Shown piece by piece: positions 1 through 11,160 of a stretch of DNA of 64,000 bases. This DNA is from Mobula hypostoma (taxonomy: Eukaryota), in NCBI RefSeq assembly GCF_963921235.1, contig NC_086110.1, positions 9,238,001 through 9,302,000 on the forward strand, given 5' to 3'. The notes beneath the pieces were generated by a model that saw nothing but the letters and a program-made list of their open reading frames with translations, did no database searches and had not been told where the DNA came from. Position 1 is the stretch's first letter; the number at the start of each line of letters is the position of its first letter. A program made the position numbers and the translations under genes.

Positions 1-899
1 CCCACAGTCGACCCCAAGGCTACTTATATTCCAAGCTCAAAGATGGCAATCAGGTGCCTATGATTAACTCAAACAAAACAAGGGACAGTGGAAGACCTGG
101 AGTCCTGAATCCACGGACAGGACCGTGAACCGGAATGCGGACTTCACGGACCGGACCATAACAATTATGACAAGTTACCGCACTGTGGTTTTAAACTTTT
201 TTAGTTTATTCCTAGTTTCTAAACTACTCTACGGGAATCTAAAAGAATGATTTCAAGCAATACTCAAAGAATACGAATCTGGTAAGAAATGGTAACTTTC
301 GAGCTCTGGGTCGCAGCTCTGTGGGAATGCCAGATGCAGTATGCGATCTGAGTTGACGTTAAATATCTTCTTAACTTCAAGGACCAAAATGTGTGAAAAA
401 TTGCAGTTATCTACAGGCACGTGTTAGGATGCAAATGGATGGAAGTCGGGCTCTCACAATTGTTTAGGCAGCATATTTGTGCCTGGGATGGTGTTGTAAG
501 TTCGGGCAAGCTTTTCTTCCGAAAACGATCTGAGCGCTTGATACTCCTAATGGCATGAAAGTGTAATGCACGCAAACGTGTATTGTTGTATGGAACATCG
601 CATCCATTGATATAAAGGGACAAAAGTGAAAGCGGAACTCCGTACACGTATTCTGCCACTCCTTCACTTTCTTCTGTATAGTCTGTTAGTAACGCAAAAT
701 TTTCCTGCGGAAATTGACAGGACTGCACGGTTGTCCATGGACATATAGGTTAGAGAAACACAAACGCAGAAAAGAACGAACTCGGTTTCTTCTTCAACGG
801 ATACAACATGTATTTGTCCTTGTCTAGACATTTAACAAAATATTGGATTCGTGATTTGAAGCAGTGGTCCTAAAGTAGGAATGGTGCTATACATTACAT

Positions 900-2051
900 T
901 GTGGGAGATTTGATAAATCTATCTTGCTGAAATGGAACAATTGCCTTTTAATGTTACATAATGGAAATAAAGGTCAAGACCTATACCTCTGTTTCATTGA
1001 CTACACAAAAGCCTTTGACACAGTGAAACACCAAGTCATCATCAAAATGTTTAAGGATATTAATATCGACGGAAAAGATCTAAGAATAATCAAGAATCTC
1101 TACTGGCAACAAAGTGTATCCATACGGACGGAAAACGAGATTGGTGAATATCAACCAATAAAGCGAGGTGTCAGACAGGGTTGTGTTCCATCACCAGACC
1201 CGCTCTCCCTGTACAGAGAAAACATCATGAGAACCACACAAGACCCATCTGGAATTAGTATAGGAGGATACAATATCAACAACCTCCGTTATGCGGATGA
1301 TACGGTACTGAGAGCAACCAGTGAAGTAAATTTACAGAAACTAGTATCTACCATCAACACAGAGTGCGAAAGACTTGGCCTAACCTTAAACAAAATGAAA
1401 AATGAAGTAATGGTAATATCAAAGAAACCTGATATCACAAACTGCAGGGTCGTATTGGGAAATGAAATCCTGAAACAAGTCCACAACTTCAATTACCTTG
1501 GATCATGGGTAACATCTGATGGCAAATGCGAAACAGACATAAAAGCAAGAATAGCAATGGAAAGAACAGCATTTACAGAAATGAGAAACGTCTTATGAGA
1601 AAATAGCAATTGATATCCGCCTTAGAACTCTCAGCTGCTATATTCTTCCTATATTGATGTATGGCTGAGGGTCATGGACCATCACAAATGCAATGGAAAA
1701 AAGAATCAATGCTGCAGAGATGTGGTTACTTAGAAGAATGCTACGCATATCATATACGGACGGGCTAACCAACGAAGAAGTTCTACAGAGAACGAAAACA
1801 AAACGTACATTACTTAAAAAAATCAGAAAACAGCAATCAAAATTCTTTGGACACATCATGCGAAAAGAGACATTAGAACATTTAGTTATAGTTGGAATGA
1901 AAAAGCAGAGACAGACAGAATGAAAATGATAGATGGATTAATATCATGGTTAGAAACAGGGGAGGCAACAAATTCAATTCGGAGTGTCAGAGCCCGTGAT
2001 GGATGGAGAGACGTGATCGCCCCCGTCGAACGGCAAGGCACCTGATGATGA
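900..2051 (+). mobile_element. RTE-clade LINE, 5'-truncated, RT with stops/frameshifts
   Basis: ORF 924-1598 has RT motifs LCFIDYTKAFD, GVRQGC, LRYADD; continues in ORF 1693-1923 (RINAAEMWLLRRMLRISY); ends in GCAAGGCACC(TGA)n tail typical of RTE. Confidence 0.85.
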
Positions 2052-2604
2052 ATGGAAATACACAGGAGTTATAGTGTTTTGGATGAAAAGCTCTTTCCAA
2101 TATCACGAGGATAAACGCAGACAGAAGCGCAGAATTGTAGAATGCGAATGGACAATTCTACTCCAAGTTGAAGTTAAAATAAAACAATCAAAAAGCATGG
2201 GTGTGTGTGTGTGTATTTTGTGGCTCCATAGATGCAGGCCGATCTGCTTATTACTTCCAGCATATCTTGATACTTTATCTACGTTTACAGTTAAGATTGC
2301 GTTAGGTGCCAGATAATATTGTCTCATCATTTAAATTAAAGTTAATTCTGTGATTCCTTTTGTAATATTCAGCACAAAGTGTGGCTTCGATTCAACATAT
2401 ATATTGCAGATATAACGAAGTCATACTTGAACGTTTTTTTAAAATTCCATTATTCCACTTGTATGCTTCACAATATACTTTTCAATGAATAAGATGAATT
2501 CAGCGCTACGGGATTTTTGTTGAGTTACACGATTTTCATTTAATGTCCAATATTTACTTGGTATGGGACTGAAAATATGGATTTCTCGCTATAAAGACTC
2601 TTAC

Positions 2605-2913
2605 CGAACACAGTTAACTGCGTGCCACTTCCATTGCCAACAGATTGGTCCTGTTGCAGCACTTGGCAATAGTAAGTGCCGATATCTGTGACGGTCGCAC
2701 CCAGCAGAGAAAATGTACCCCTGCCTTTGTTTACATTAAAGTGTTTCCTGGTGTCTGCTTCTATAAAATTCTTCTCGCCCTCTTTCCACCAATAAACATC
2801 ACGAATAGCTTGAGATATCGGAAATCTGCAAAACATGGAAACGTTTTCACCTCGGAAGATGTGCAGATCCTTCGGGAATTGATCCACGTTGCCTGAAGTT
2901 ACAGCAGCGACTA
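2605..2913 (-). CDS. Intact Ig V-set exon with germline-joined J-like G strand (VJ domain) of a non-rearranging receptor (gene 1; NKp30/SIRP-like architecture)
   Basis: Acceptor ttttctAG at 2915-2914, donor GTAAGA at 2604, 309 nt, phase 1/1. Translation VVAAVTSGNVDQFPKDLHIFRGENVSMFCRFPISQAIRDVYWWKEG...DIGTYYCQVLQQDQSVGNGSGTQLTVF has canonical Cys, Trp, DxGxYYC and GxGTxLxV; no stops. Confidence 0.92.
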
Positions 2914-3098
2914 CTAGAAAATAAACACGGCAGAGACAATAACCGAACATTGTGGACAAAGACAAAAAAGAAACACATAATATAGAATTAAAATTAAAGG
3001 CAGCGAGAAAAATTGAATATGTATTATAATTAAACTTGCAGTGCGCAATCAAGGTAGCATAATGAAAAACAGCCATCGATAATCAGAAGTAAGAATAC

Positions 3099-3153
3099 CT
3101 TGCCAAATTGTGCGCAGAAGAACTATGTGTCGAACTGTAATTTCCGCAGACAT
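3099..3153 (-). CDS. Leader (signal peptide) exon of gene 1
   Basis: ATG at 3153, MSAEITVRHIVLLRTIWQ+G, donor GTATTC at 3098; phase 1 splices in frame to the VJ exon to give ...IWQVVAAVTSG|NVDQ. Confidence 0.72.
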
Positions 3154-3381
3154 ACTCCAATATAAATGAACTGCAGTTTGGAATCAACGGTTCGGTGAAT
3201 AAATAAAACTTCATCATCAAATGTATAAAACATTCGATTGCCACAAAAGGGTATCACGTGATAGCATAATGAATTTCGAGTATAGTTCTGTTTTGGGCAG
3301 AGGGCGGTGTTAGGGCTGGATCTCCTCTCACCATGTTGTAGTGTGACACCATAATTTCCTTTGGGAAAGCACCTATAAAGG

Positions 3382-3411
3382 ACCTATCTATCTATCTATC
3401 TATCCATCCAT
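3382..3411. repeat. (CTAT)n/(CCAT)n microsatellite
   Basis: ctatctatctatctatctatccatccatc directly visible. Confidence 0.9.
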
Positions 3412-4429
3412 CTTGACTGTGTTTTATCCCAGTTACTTCCAACTACTTCAGAGGTAATAGTTTAAAAATCTACCTCATGTAATTAACTCTGCACTCGATT
3501 CTGAAGATAACCGTACAACTTAGTAGGAAGGTGTCAGTGAAGGTATTTCTTCATACATGAATAGGTATGGTCCGACTAGTCATACGGGGTACCTAGATGA
3601 CACTGAGAATCAATTTGGCATTGAATCACTTTGCTTCAGTTAATTATAAAGAAACAATAACACCTATCCAGTATTTAGTCTGTGGAACATACTTCTTTTT
3701 TATGACATCTGTAAACCGACTCAATAATAGCGATCATAGAAAATGTTCTTTTGTTCATTTGAATTGAGATTCTTAATTCTGGAAATCATAAATATAATTT
3801 ATTACCTTAATATTCAGACATGATCCGTATGGTAGCTGTTAAGATTGTGTTAGGTGCCGGATAATCTGATCAACTAGGTAAAAACGTTGAAATAGAAATA
3901 TTGTATCATTTCAATCAAAGTTAACTCTTTGAATTATTTTGTAATATGCACCACAAAGGAAAGTGGTGACTTCGATTCAACAAATGTATTGCAGAAATAA
4001 CTAATTCATACTTGAACGTTTTTGTCAAAATCCATTATTACACTTGTATGCTTCACAGTATTGTTTGAGGTAAAGCCCGATACAATTCAGTTCTACGGTT
4101 CACTCATATCATTTAATTGCTAAAGGAAAATTAGGTTGATATTTAAAGACACCTAAACAGTGCATCCAATGTTGTCTTGAACCCAAACTGCCTCTTCCCC
4201 TTCCATCTTCATTTTCGCATTATGAAAATTTTCCTTTTCCTTTTTTCTCTCTGTTTTTCAGTTACTTACCAGATAATTTCTGTCTCGTCCTACCCCCACT
4301 TTCCTCATGTGTAATTCTCCTTACTTCTCTTATGTTCTTGTAAGCTTGTGAACTCTTGTGAACTCCAGCTGCTTCCTTAGGAATACTGTGAGTATTCAAG
4401 ATGATAATTCCTATTGTCGATTTATTTCC

Positions 4430-5090
4430 TCCTGATAGTTTGTTGAGTCGGTGGTGAGGAAGGCAAATGCAATGTTAGTATTCATTTCAAGAGCTCCAGA
4501 ATAAAAGAGCAGGAATGTGATGCTGAGGCTTTATAAGGCACCTTGAGTATTGTGTACAGTTTTGGGCTCCTCATCTTAGAAAAGCTGTGCTGGCGCTAGA
4601 GTGGGTCCAGAGGAGGTTAACAAGGGTGATTCCAGGAATGAAAGGGTTATCATACGAGGAACGTATGGTTCTGGGTCTGTACTCGCTGCAATTTAGAAGG
4701 ATGACCGGGATCTCATTGAAACTTTTCGAATGCTGAAAGGCCTAGACAGAGTTGATGTTTCTCATGGCAGAAGAGTCTAGGACAAGAGGGAACAGCCTCA
4801 GGATAGAGAGGTGTCCATTCGAAACAGAGATGTGGAGAAATTTCTTTAAACAAAAGGTGGTGAATTTGTGGCATTTGTTACCACGAGCAGTTGCGGAGGC
4901 CAGATCGTTCGGTGTACTTAATGTAGAGATTGATAGATTCTTCAATGGACATGGCATCAAAGGTTAATAGAAGGAGGCCAGGAAATGGGGTTGAGGAGGA
5001 GAAGAAATGATCAGCCATAATTGAATGACGGAGCAGACTCGATGAGCCAAATGGCCTAATTCTGCTCCTATGTCATATGGTCTTATAACT
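4430..5090 (+). mobile_element. CR1-like LINE 3' fragment
   Basis: CR1 C-terminal peptide (RTRGNSLRI...EMWRNFFKQKVVNLW) and CR1 3' UTR ending ctaattctgctcctatgtc. Confidence 0.85.
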
Positions 5091-5689
5091 TCCAATGAAA
5101 CAATGCTTCTGAGTAAAACATACGGGCAATTCATACAGCGTGCAATATGTTTAAGCCTCAGTATCGGAGAACTGAGAATAATTTTTCTTCAGCAATTACC
5201 ATAAGGTTACTTATTTTGTTATTTGCGAAACGACAAAGAGCTTCAAACGTCCGCTCTATGGGACTGGTCTTTTGAAGGAAGGTAGAAAATAACTAACTAC
5301 CCTCTTCAGGTTCTGTTTTGGGAAAAATGATGAACCAATTAATATCTCATTTATGATCGCATACTAATGAGGACAATTAAACTGGTTTGAACATGTGTTA
5401 CATTCTGCAAGACGTAGAGTTGTTATGATAAATTAACACTGCAATAAATTATGATTTTGGATTCTGAGCACATATGAAAACATACACAAACAAGGCATAC
5501 AATATAGAGCTGCACAGAATGTTATTTCAGTCATCTGTGTGTAATCTAATTGTCCGTTGTTTATCATCTGGACTTTTGCACGTACTCCTCAAAGTGCAAG
5601 GATAATCCTTTTAGAGTTCTGTATTTTTTATACTGTGGATAATTTTGAATACATTTCTATGAATTAATCTTACAGTTTTTATCAATTTA

Positions 5690-5970
5690 GGGATACGGCG
5701 TAGTACCCGTTTCCAGCCCTTTGAGCAGCACCGCCCCAGCAATCCCCGATTTAATCCTCGCCTAATCACGGGACAATTTACAACGACATTTTACATGGAA
5801 CAGATCACCAATTTTTGGGTTGTGGGAGGAAGCCGGAGCACCCGATGAAAACCCACGAATTCTACGGGGAGGAACGCACAATCTCCCTGGAGATGACGTT
5901 GGAATTGAACTCTGAAGTCTGATGCCCTGAGGTGTAATAACATGGCGCTAACCACTACACTACCGTGGCC
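5690..5970 (-). mobile_element. tRNA-derived HE1-like V-SINE
   Basis: Reverse strand starts ggccacggtagtgtagtggttagcg (A-box-like), gttcaattcc (B-box-like), central gtgggtttt...gggtgctccggcttcctcccaca V-SINE core. Confidence 0.75.
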
Positions 5971-6015
5971 CCCATTAATTGACCCATTAGTTAACACGAT
6001 GCCATTGAAAGATTT

Positions 6016-6120
6016 TCAATTAGCCTGATCCTGCCTGGTCGATATGACCTGTGCAAACGAAGAACAAAGATAAGAAACAAAAAACGCCGTTGATAACAAA
6101 GCATACCAGATTTTAGGATG
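6016..6120 (-). pseudogene. Candidate terminal cytoplasmic exon of gene 2 with ITIM-like IWYALL
   Basis: Acceptor ttcattaaattcAG at 6122-6121; phase-0 HPKIWYALLSTAFFVSYLCSSFAQVISTRQDQAN*; YALLS...AQV resembles YATLS...GQV of the terminal exon at 34899-34967. T-rich, so could be coincidental. Confidence 0.3.
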
Positions 6121-6510
6121 CTGAATTTAATGAAGACAGTGTTTATACGTGTAACCGCAAATTAATTTTAAAATTCTCGACAGTGACCCTAACAAGTATC
6201 TGTTTTGGGACTCGGGAGCGTTTTGCACACCGATTGTTTTTGTTTGTGAAGCAAAGTATTGTGATTATTAACCCCATTTTAAATCTTTGAATATAGCCTG
6301 ATATGCCATTAAAATATGGACATTTTTGCAGTTCTTTGAAATATTTATCAAAAATCTGTTGTTACGAAATAATAATAAGAATATTTGCATTCCCGTCAAC
6401 ATCGAGATGATTGACGGTACGCTACAATTAGTGGGCTGAACATAAAACATTAAGTAAATGACAAACAAGAGAAAATATGAAGATGCTGGAAACCCGAGGA
6501 ACACCCACAA

Positions 6511-6640
6511 AATGCTGGAGGAACTCAGCAGGCCAGGCAGCATCTATGGAAAAAAAAGCACAGTCGACGTTTCGGGTGAAACTCCGACTGCGCTTTTTTC
6601 CCCGTAGATGCTACCTGGCCTGCTGAGTTCCTCCAGCATT
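6511..6640. repeat. Near-perfect hairpin of two inverted Penelope/SINE tail units
   Basis: Arm 6511-6566 (aatgctggaggaactcagcaggccaggcagcatct...cagtcg) is the reverse complement of 6585-6640 with few mismatches; 18-nt loop. Confidence 0.9.
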
Positions 6641-8432
6641 CCGTGGGTGAAGTAACTGACAAGACTGTACTTTCCAAAACCGATCTAATTGGCAATAAAA
6701 TTGAGACAAGAGGATTTCGAGGCTGGAACCTGGAGCAACACACTAAGCATTACCGGTATTCAGTGCGCCAGGCAGCATCAATGGGGTCGAGGCTCTTCAT
6801 TTGCACTTCATTCACTCCAGTAAGAAAATTAGAGAGTGGGGAATTCCGAAATTAAAACTTTCAATCTTCATCCCTGGCCTTCTTTTGCTTTTATATCTGT
6901 TGGAAGTTTGAAATAATTCTTAAGTTTTTTTATTATTTAAATAACAATTTACATTTGCATACTTTGAAATTTAAATGATTCAAATACTTTACGAAATGTT
7001 TTGTCAATCTGGCCAAGAATAGAAATTGTCTCTCAAATTACCTCTCTGTTTTATCTGTGCGCGTCATTTAGCCATCCCAACCATTTATATATCATCTTAT
7101 AATGGCAAACTCTTAAAATATACATAGACTTGTCATATAAAATTTTCCAAATATTTCCACGATCTCCAATACGGAGAATTGCTACAGATAACATTGTTCT
7201 GAAATGTTACCAATGCCACTAATGAGCTCTGCTGGGTTACCACTCACTGCATATCAACACAATTGTTTATTACAGATGAAAAAGTAAATGCAGAAGGCAT
7301 TGGGAATAATCTATTGGTTCGGCAGCTTCTATAGAAAGAAATGTAGGCTAGGGGGCTTTCACCACGACATAAACACCGAAAATTTTAAATTGGCATTTTT
7401 CCACATTTGCTCCCTGAGTTAGTGGGGACTATAAATTTGTAACTTAAGGCATTTGCTTCCATCCGCTCCCAACCACCACCTCCTCACCTCTGTATCTTCA
7501 CTGCCTTGTTTATTTGCATTTGACATTTATAAACATAATGAAACTTCGTGATCCTGGAACAAACTCCAAAAGGTCGCCAATTAGCTCATCAGTAAAATAT
7601 GAATACATAGTTCCAAATCCCAATTCTCGTGCCTTATCGCTCTAACCATTTCTACATTCAACCTAAGGAACAAAAAAATCTGCAATTCTCATTTTGTTCA
7701 TAGACTCTTCTGTGGAATATTTCCGATACTCTTTGACTATGTCGTATTAAATAAATGCACCATGATGAAATATATGGGTCCCATAAAATGCAATTATAAA
7801 CTTTGTTTTAGTCAAGATCTCAAAGTTTTCTTCCTTATTTGAAGGGAAACATTGCAAACCTCTTGGCCTCGTTCCAGGTCTCTGTTCAGAGAGGCAACAC
7901 CATTCTCTGCTTCAGCTGAAAATAATACATAACTTTTCCAACTAGTCGTTTTCATGACGCATTAGTTCGGCGCATTAAGAGCGAGTTTTTTCTCCTGGTG
8001 TTGATTTTATTCTGCCAATTCCAGTTCTGAAAAAGAGCCTTGGCCCGACTGCATATTCATTTCCATAGATGCTGCTTGACCTGCTGAGTTCCTCCAGGAT
8101 ACTTGTGTCTGTTGCTCTGGATTTCCAGCAGCTGCAGAATATCTTTCGTTTATTCATTTTTATCCTGTCTAATACAGCAAATTACAATTATCTGATTTTC
8201 ATAGAAAAATATAAGAATATTTTAAACAGGTATTTAACTGATATTAAAATGGCAGATATGTATTTGTTCTTGAATGATATATCGTGAGTACGGAGGCACA
8301 TACTTCTTTTCAGTAGTTTTACAAGTAATTTATTTAAACTAACTTTCTTAACTTCACTTAAGCGTCAAACACGATAGCGTGAACAACTGCAACTTACTCG
8401 CTTAAGGTGGTGAAATTTCTGTCCTCATGGAG

Positions 8433-8446
8433 TTTCCATGACGTCA
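8433..8446. promoter_or_regulatory. Composite CRE + NFAT-like site (TGACGTCA-T-GGAAA on minus), intronic; RUNX-like TGTGGTT nearby (8456-8462)
   Basis: TTTCCATGACGTCA is identical at 8433-8446 and 36388-36401 within otherwise diverged paralogous introns. Confidence 0.45.
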
Positions 8447-8651
8447 CCATCTAACTGTGGTTGCAGTTACTTTCTAGCGCTGTGTGTATTATCTCAATTT
8501 GCAAATAAATCTGTAGTGTGTTATTAGCTGAAGGCCATTCGGCTCATTATGATTCATCTCATCAGAACAAAGGTTCGTACTTGAGGTTTTGAAATCGCGG
8601 TTCACAATCATAATGCGAAAATTTGTGCCACTTTCAATAAATCATATATAC

Positions 8652-8769
8652 CTCCATCACGTCAGAATAAAGAAAAACACAATTAAACATGCACAGAGTA
8701 TTGCACAATATATCGTTATGGGGCACAACAAGATAAAAACATTTTAAACAAGTTCAGATTCTGAGCCAC
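8652..8769 (-). pseudogene. Transmembrane exon (uncharged TM) of gene 2, two in-frame stops
   Basis: Acceptor tattatcttAG 8771-8770, donor GTATAT 8651, 118 nt phase 1/2: (G)GSESELV*NVFILLCPITIYCAILCACLIVFFFILT*WR; 28-residue hydrophobic run; phase matches the C1 exon end. Confidence 0.65.
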
Positions 8770-8879
8770 CTAAGATAATATGACATTTTAGCGAGCCGTT
8801 GAAGCCACAAAAAAAGTTAGATTACCAAAAGGACATAACTTGCATCAGCACGTAATCTGTTGCACTAGCGGCCCCAACA

Positions 8880-9620
8880 CACTAGACCACAGCTGCACTG
8901 CGATAAGGAATGCCTATCGTTCCCTCCCGAGACTGCATTTTGGCAAGTTGGATCATTTGGCTGTACTCCTACTACCTGCATACAGACAGAGCTCCAGAGA
9001 TCAAGACAACTGAGAGGTGGTCGCAGGTGGCTGGGGGACAATTATAAGATTGTCTTGAGCCCGCGTTCAAGAACTTAGCTGAGGACCTGAATGATTACAT
9101 CAGGGTCGTAATCGACTTTATTAAACCAGATGCAAATAACGGTGTCCTCATGAAATGGTTTAGGGTTTCCCCAATCAGAAGCCTTGGATTACCAATGAAA
9201 TCCTGAATCTCCTGAGAGTCAGATCGGAGCCATTTAAGTCTGGAGATCAAGAATGCTGCAAGAGCTGCAGCTATAATCTCCGGAAAAATAATTCTGGGAC
9301 GAAGTAGAGATTCCGGACTAGCCTGGAATCAATGAGGGATGCTAGACAGCTGTGCCATAACTTCCTACAAAGTGAAATCTTATAACATAGGGGACAGCAG
9401 AGCTTCGCTTCCAGATGAACTCATCCTTGAAGATGGCGCCGGAATTTACCTCGTTATGCTACCGTGGTGCCTATAATTACGAAATCAGGTGACTTTCTCT
9501 GAACAGCCGGACATTCTCTCTGCTGGAATTCATGGTATTGGAAGGGGACATTTTAGCATCCTCAATACAGGTTTGGACAGGAATTACATTCAGTACAGTC
9601 TGGACTGCTCCTCAATTTGA
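8880..9620 (+). mobile_element. L2-like LINE internal fragment, decayed
   Basis: Degenerate EN-RT linker sequence (DHLAVLLLPAYRQ..., FPNQKPWIT-like) typical of fish/shark L2-like elements. Confidence 0.55.
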
Positions 9621-9939
9621 ATAAAAATGTAACTCATTATTAGTTAAATTATGAATGGCGTGCACTATATCCTGCAAAGTACTACTCGAGAAATCATTTT
9701 AATTTTGGCGACAGTAGATTTAATATTTTTAGATTAGATTATGAGGACACTCAGTCCTCATTTATTGCATGCATTTTCTTCCCATCCATGATAATATTGT
9801 CCCAATTCTATTTTCTATGTAAGTATCGTCCCCTTCATTTATTGATTTTAATGCTTTTCCTAAAAATTTAAATGATGAAAGTAGCCTGTTGAATGCAAAT
9901 TCGCTTTATAAGGTTTTGGTCAAACTGCATTCGCAATAT

Positions 9940-10470
9940 TGGATTGGTATCTAAGAAGAGATGTACTGGGCCTCAAGAAGGTCCAGAGGAGGCTCACAAA
10001 AATTGTTCTAGAAATAAAAAAGATTAGCGTTGGATGTCTCTGGGCCTGTAATCGATGGAATTCATAAGGAGGGGTGGGTGTAAGAGCTATCACTGAAACA
10101 TATGTGATACTGAAAAGCCAATGACGTACAGACGTTGAAAGGGGTTGCTACTTGTAGCAGCGTCTAGGATCCAAGAACACAAATGCAGATTAAAGGGACA
10201 TTCCTTGGAAACAGAAATAACGAGGAATTTCTTCCGGCAGGGGATGTTGAATCTGCAGAATTGCTGCCGTGGAAGGCTGCGGAGGCCAAGTTATTGGACG
10301 TACTTAAGGCAGACGTTGAGATATTGTTGATTGGTAAGGGAGTTAGAGGAAGCGAGTCGAAGATGGAAGAATGGGATTCCAAAATAACAACCTGGATTCA
10401 GTCACGGGGTAGAATGGATGAGCTAAATGTCCTAATTCTGCTTCAATTTCTCATGGTCTTGTGGGCACTA
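9940..10470 (+). mobile_element. CR1-like LINE 3' fragment
   Basis: ORFs 10145-10482 resemble the CR1 C-terminus (GHSLETEITRNFFRQG). Confidence 0.7.
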
Positions 10471-10739
10471 CAGAAATCTTGAAGCTTTATTAATCTGATA
10501 AATCCCTCGTGAAAGAGATTATATATTTTATTGAATATTTTATTGAATCAATAGTTAGTTCACAGAACTTTTTATTTTCTTTTGTAGATTTCTCAATATC
10601 GAATGTAACCAAAATTAATAACTTCTCTTTTCCTTTTGCGTTTGAGCATTGCTGTCCATAAATGTAATTAAAGTAATCAAACTTAAAAAAAATCATGTAT
10701 ATCTATAAATGGAATCCAAATGCAAAATCAAGCCGTTTA

Positions 10740-11160
10740 ATCCACTTCATCACAGGCAAAGCGCTCCTCATCACTGAGCACATCCACAAATGGAGTTGCT
10801 ACAAGGAATCATGGAATACTCCCACCGTTCATGCCATGCTCTCTCCTGCTGCTGCCATCAGGAAGAATGGCAGATCCTTCCAGCAGATCAACACCGGCAG
10901 ATTCAGGAACAGTTATCATCAGGCTCATATACCAGAGTGGATATATTCACTCACCTCAATTTCAAGCTAATACAAATGAAACCCCTTTGGTTTCCTTGGC
11001 CACGTAAGTCTAGGGAAGTCACACTCCCGTCCCGCCAAACCCATGCAACTGAGACGGCCCTCCCACCCAAACCATGGGTTTGCATGGATGCTATGTAATT
11101 TGCTACCCTGTTACAGCTCAGTGCCAAGAAATAACCAAAAGCACACTGCATACCATTATA
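10740..11160 (+). mobile_element. L2-like LINE 3' fragment
   Basis: HPHHPCHALFSLLPSGRRYRS-like degenerate sequence shared with other L2 3' copies in the window. Confidence 0.6.

Noticed and set aside
181-187. CACTGTG heptamer as a recombination signal
   Set aside because: No nonamer at 12 or 23 bp spacing on either strand and not adjacent to a V or J segment; no RSS seen near either VJ exon.
2540-3076. Whole 178-aa ORF as one protein with an N-terminal hydrophobic signal or TM
   Set aside because: The N-terminal part is T-rich intron read-through; splice signals define the real exon as 2605-2913.
4262-4388. Plus-strand exon-like segment (strong acceptor, GTGAGT donor)
   Set aside because: Stops in all three frames and no partner exons; likely a by-product of a pyrimidine-rich tract.
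7042-7420. Possible decayed V exon (GANVEKCQFKI) plus TM-like exon
   Set aside because: Only short scattered matches, no YYC or J motif, an implied intron of only 49 nt, and frames do not join.
6384-7520. Octamer ATTTGCAT motifs as Ig-type promoters
   Set aside because: AT-rich background and not positioned upstream of an identified leader.
8398-8428. Leader-like mini ORF (MRTEISPP*A) with a GTAAGT donor
   Set aside because: It contains a stop and lies in a block paralogous to the TM-downstream intron at 36300-36440, so it is intronic rather than a first exon.
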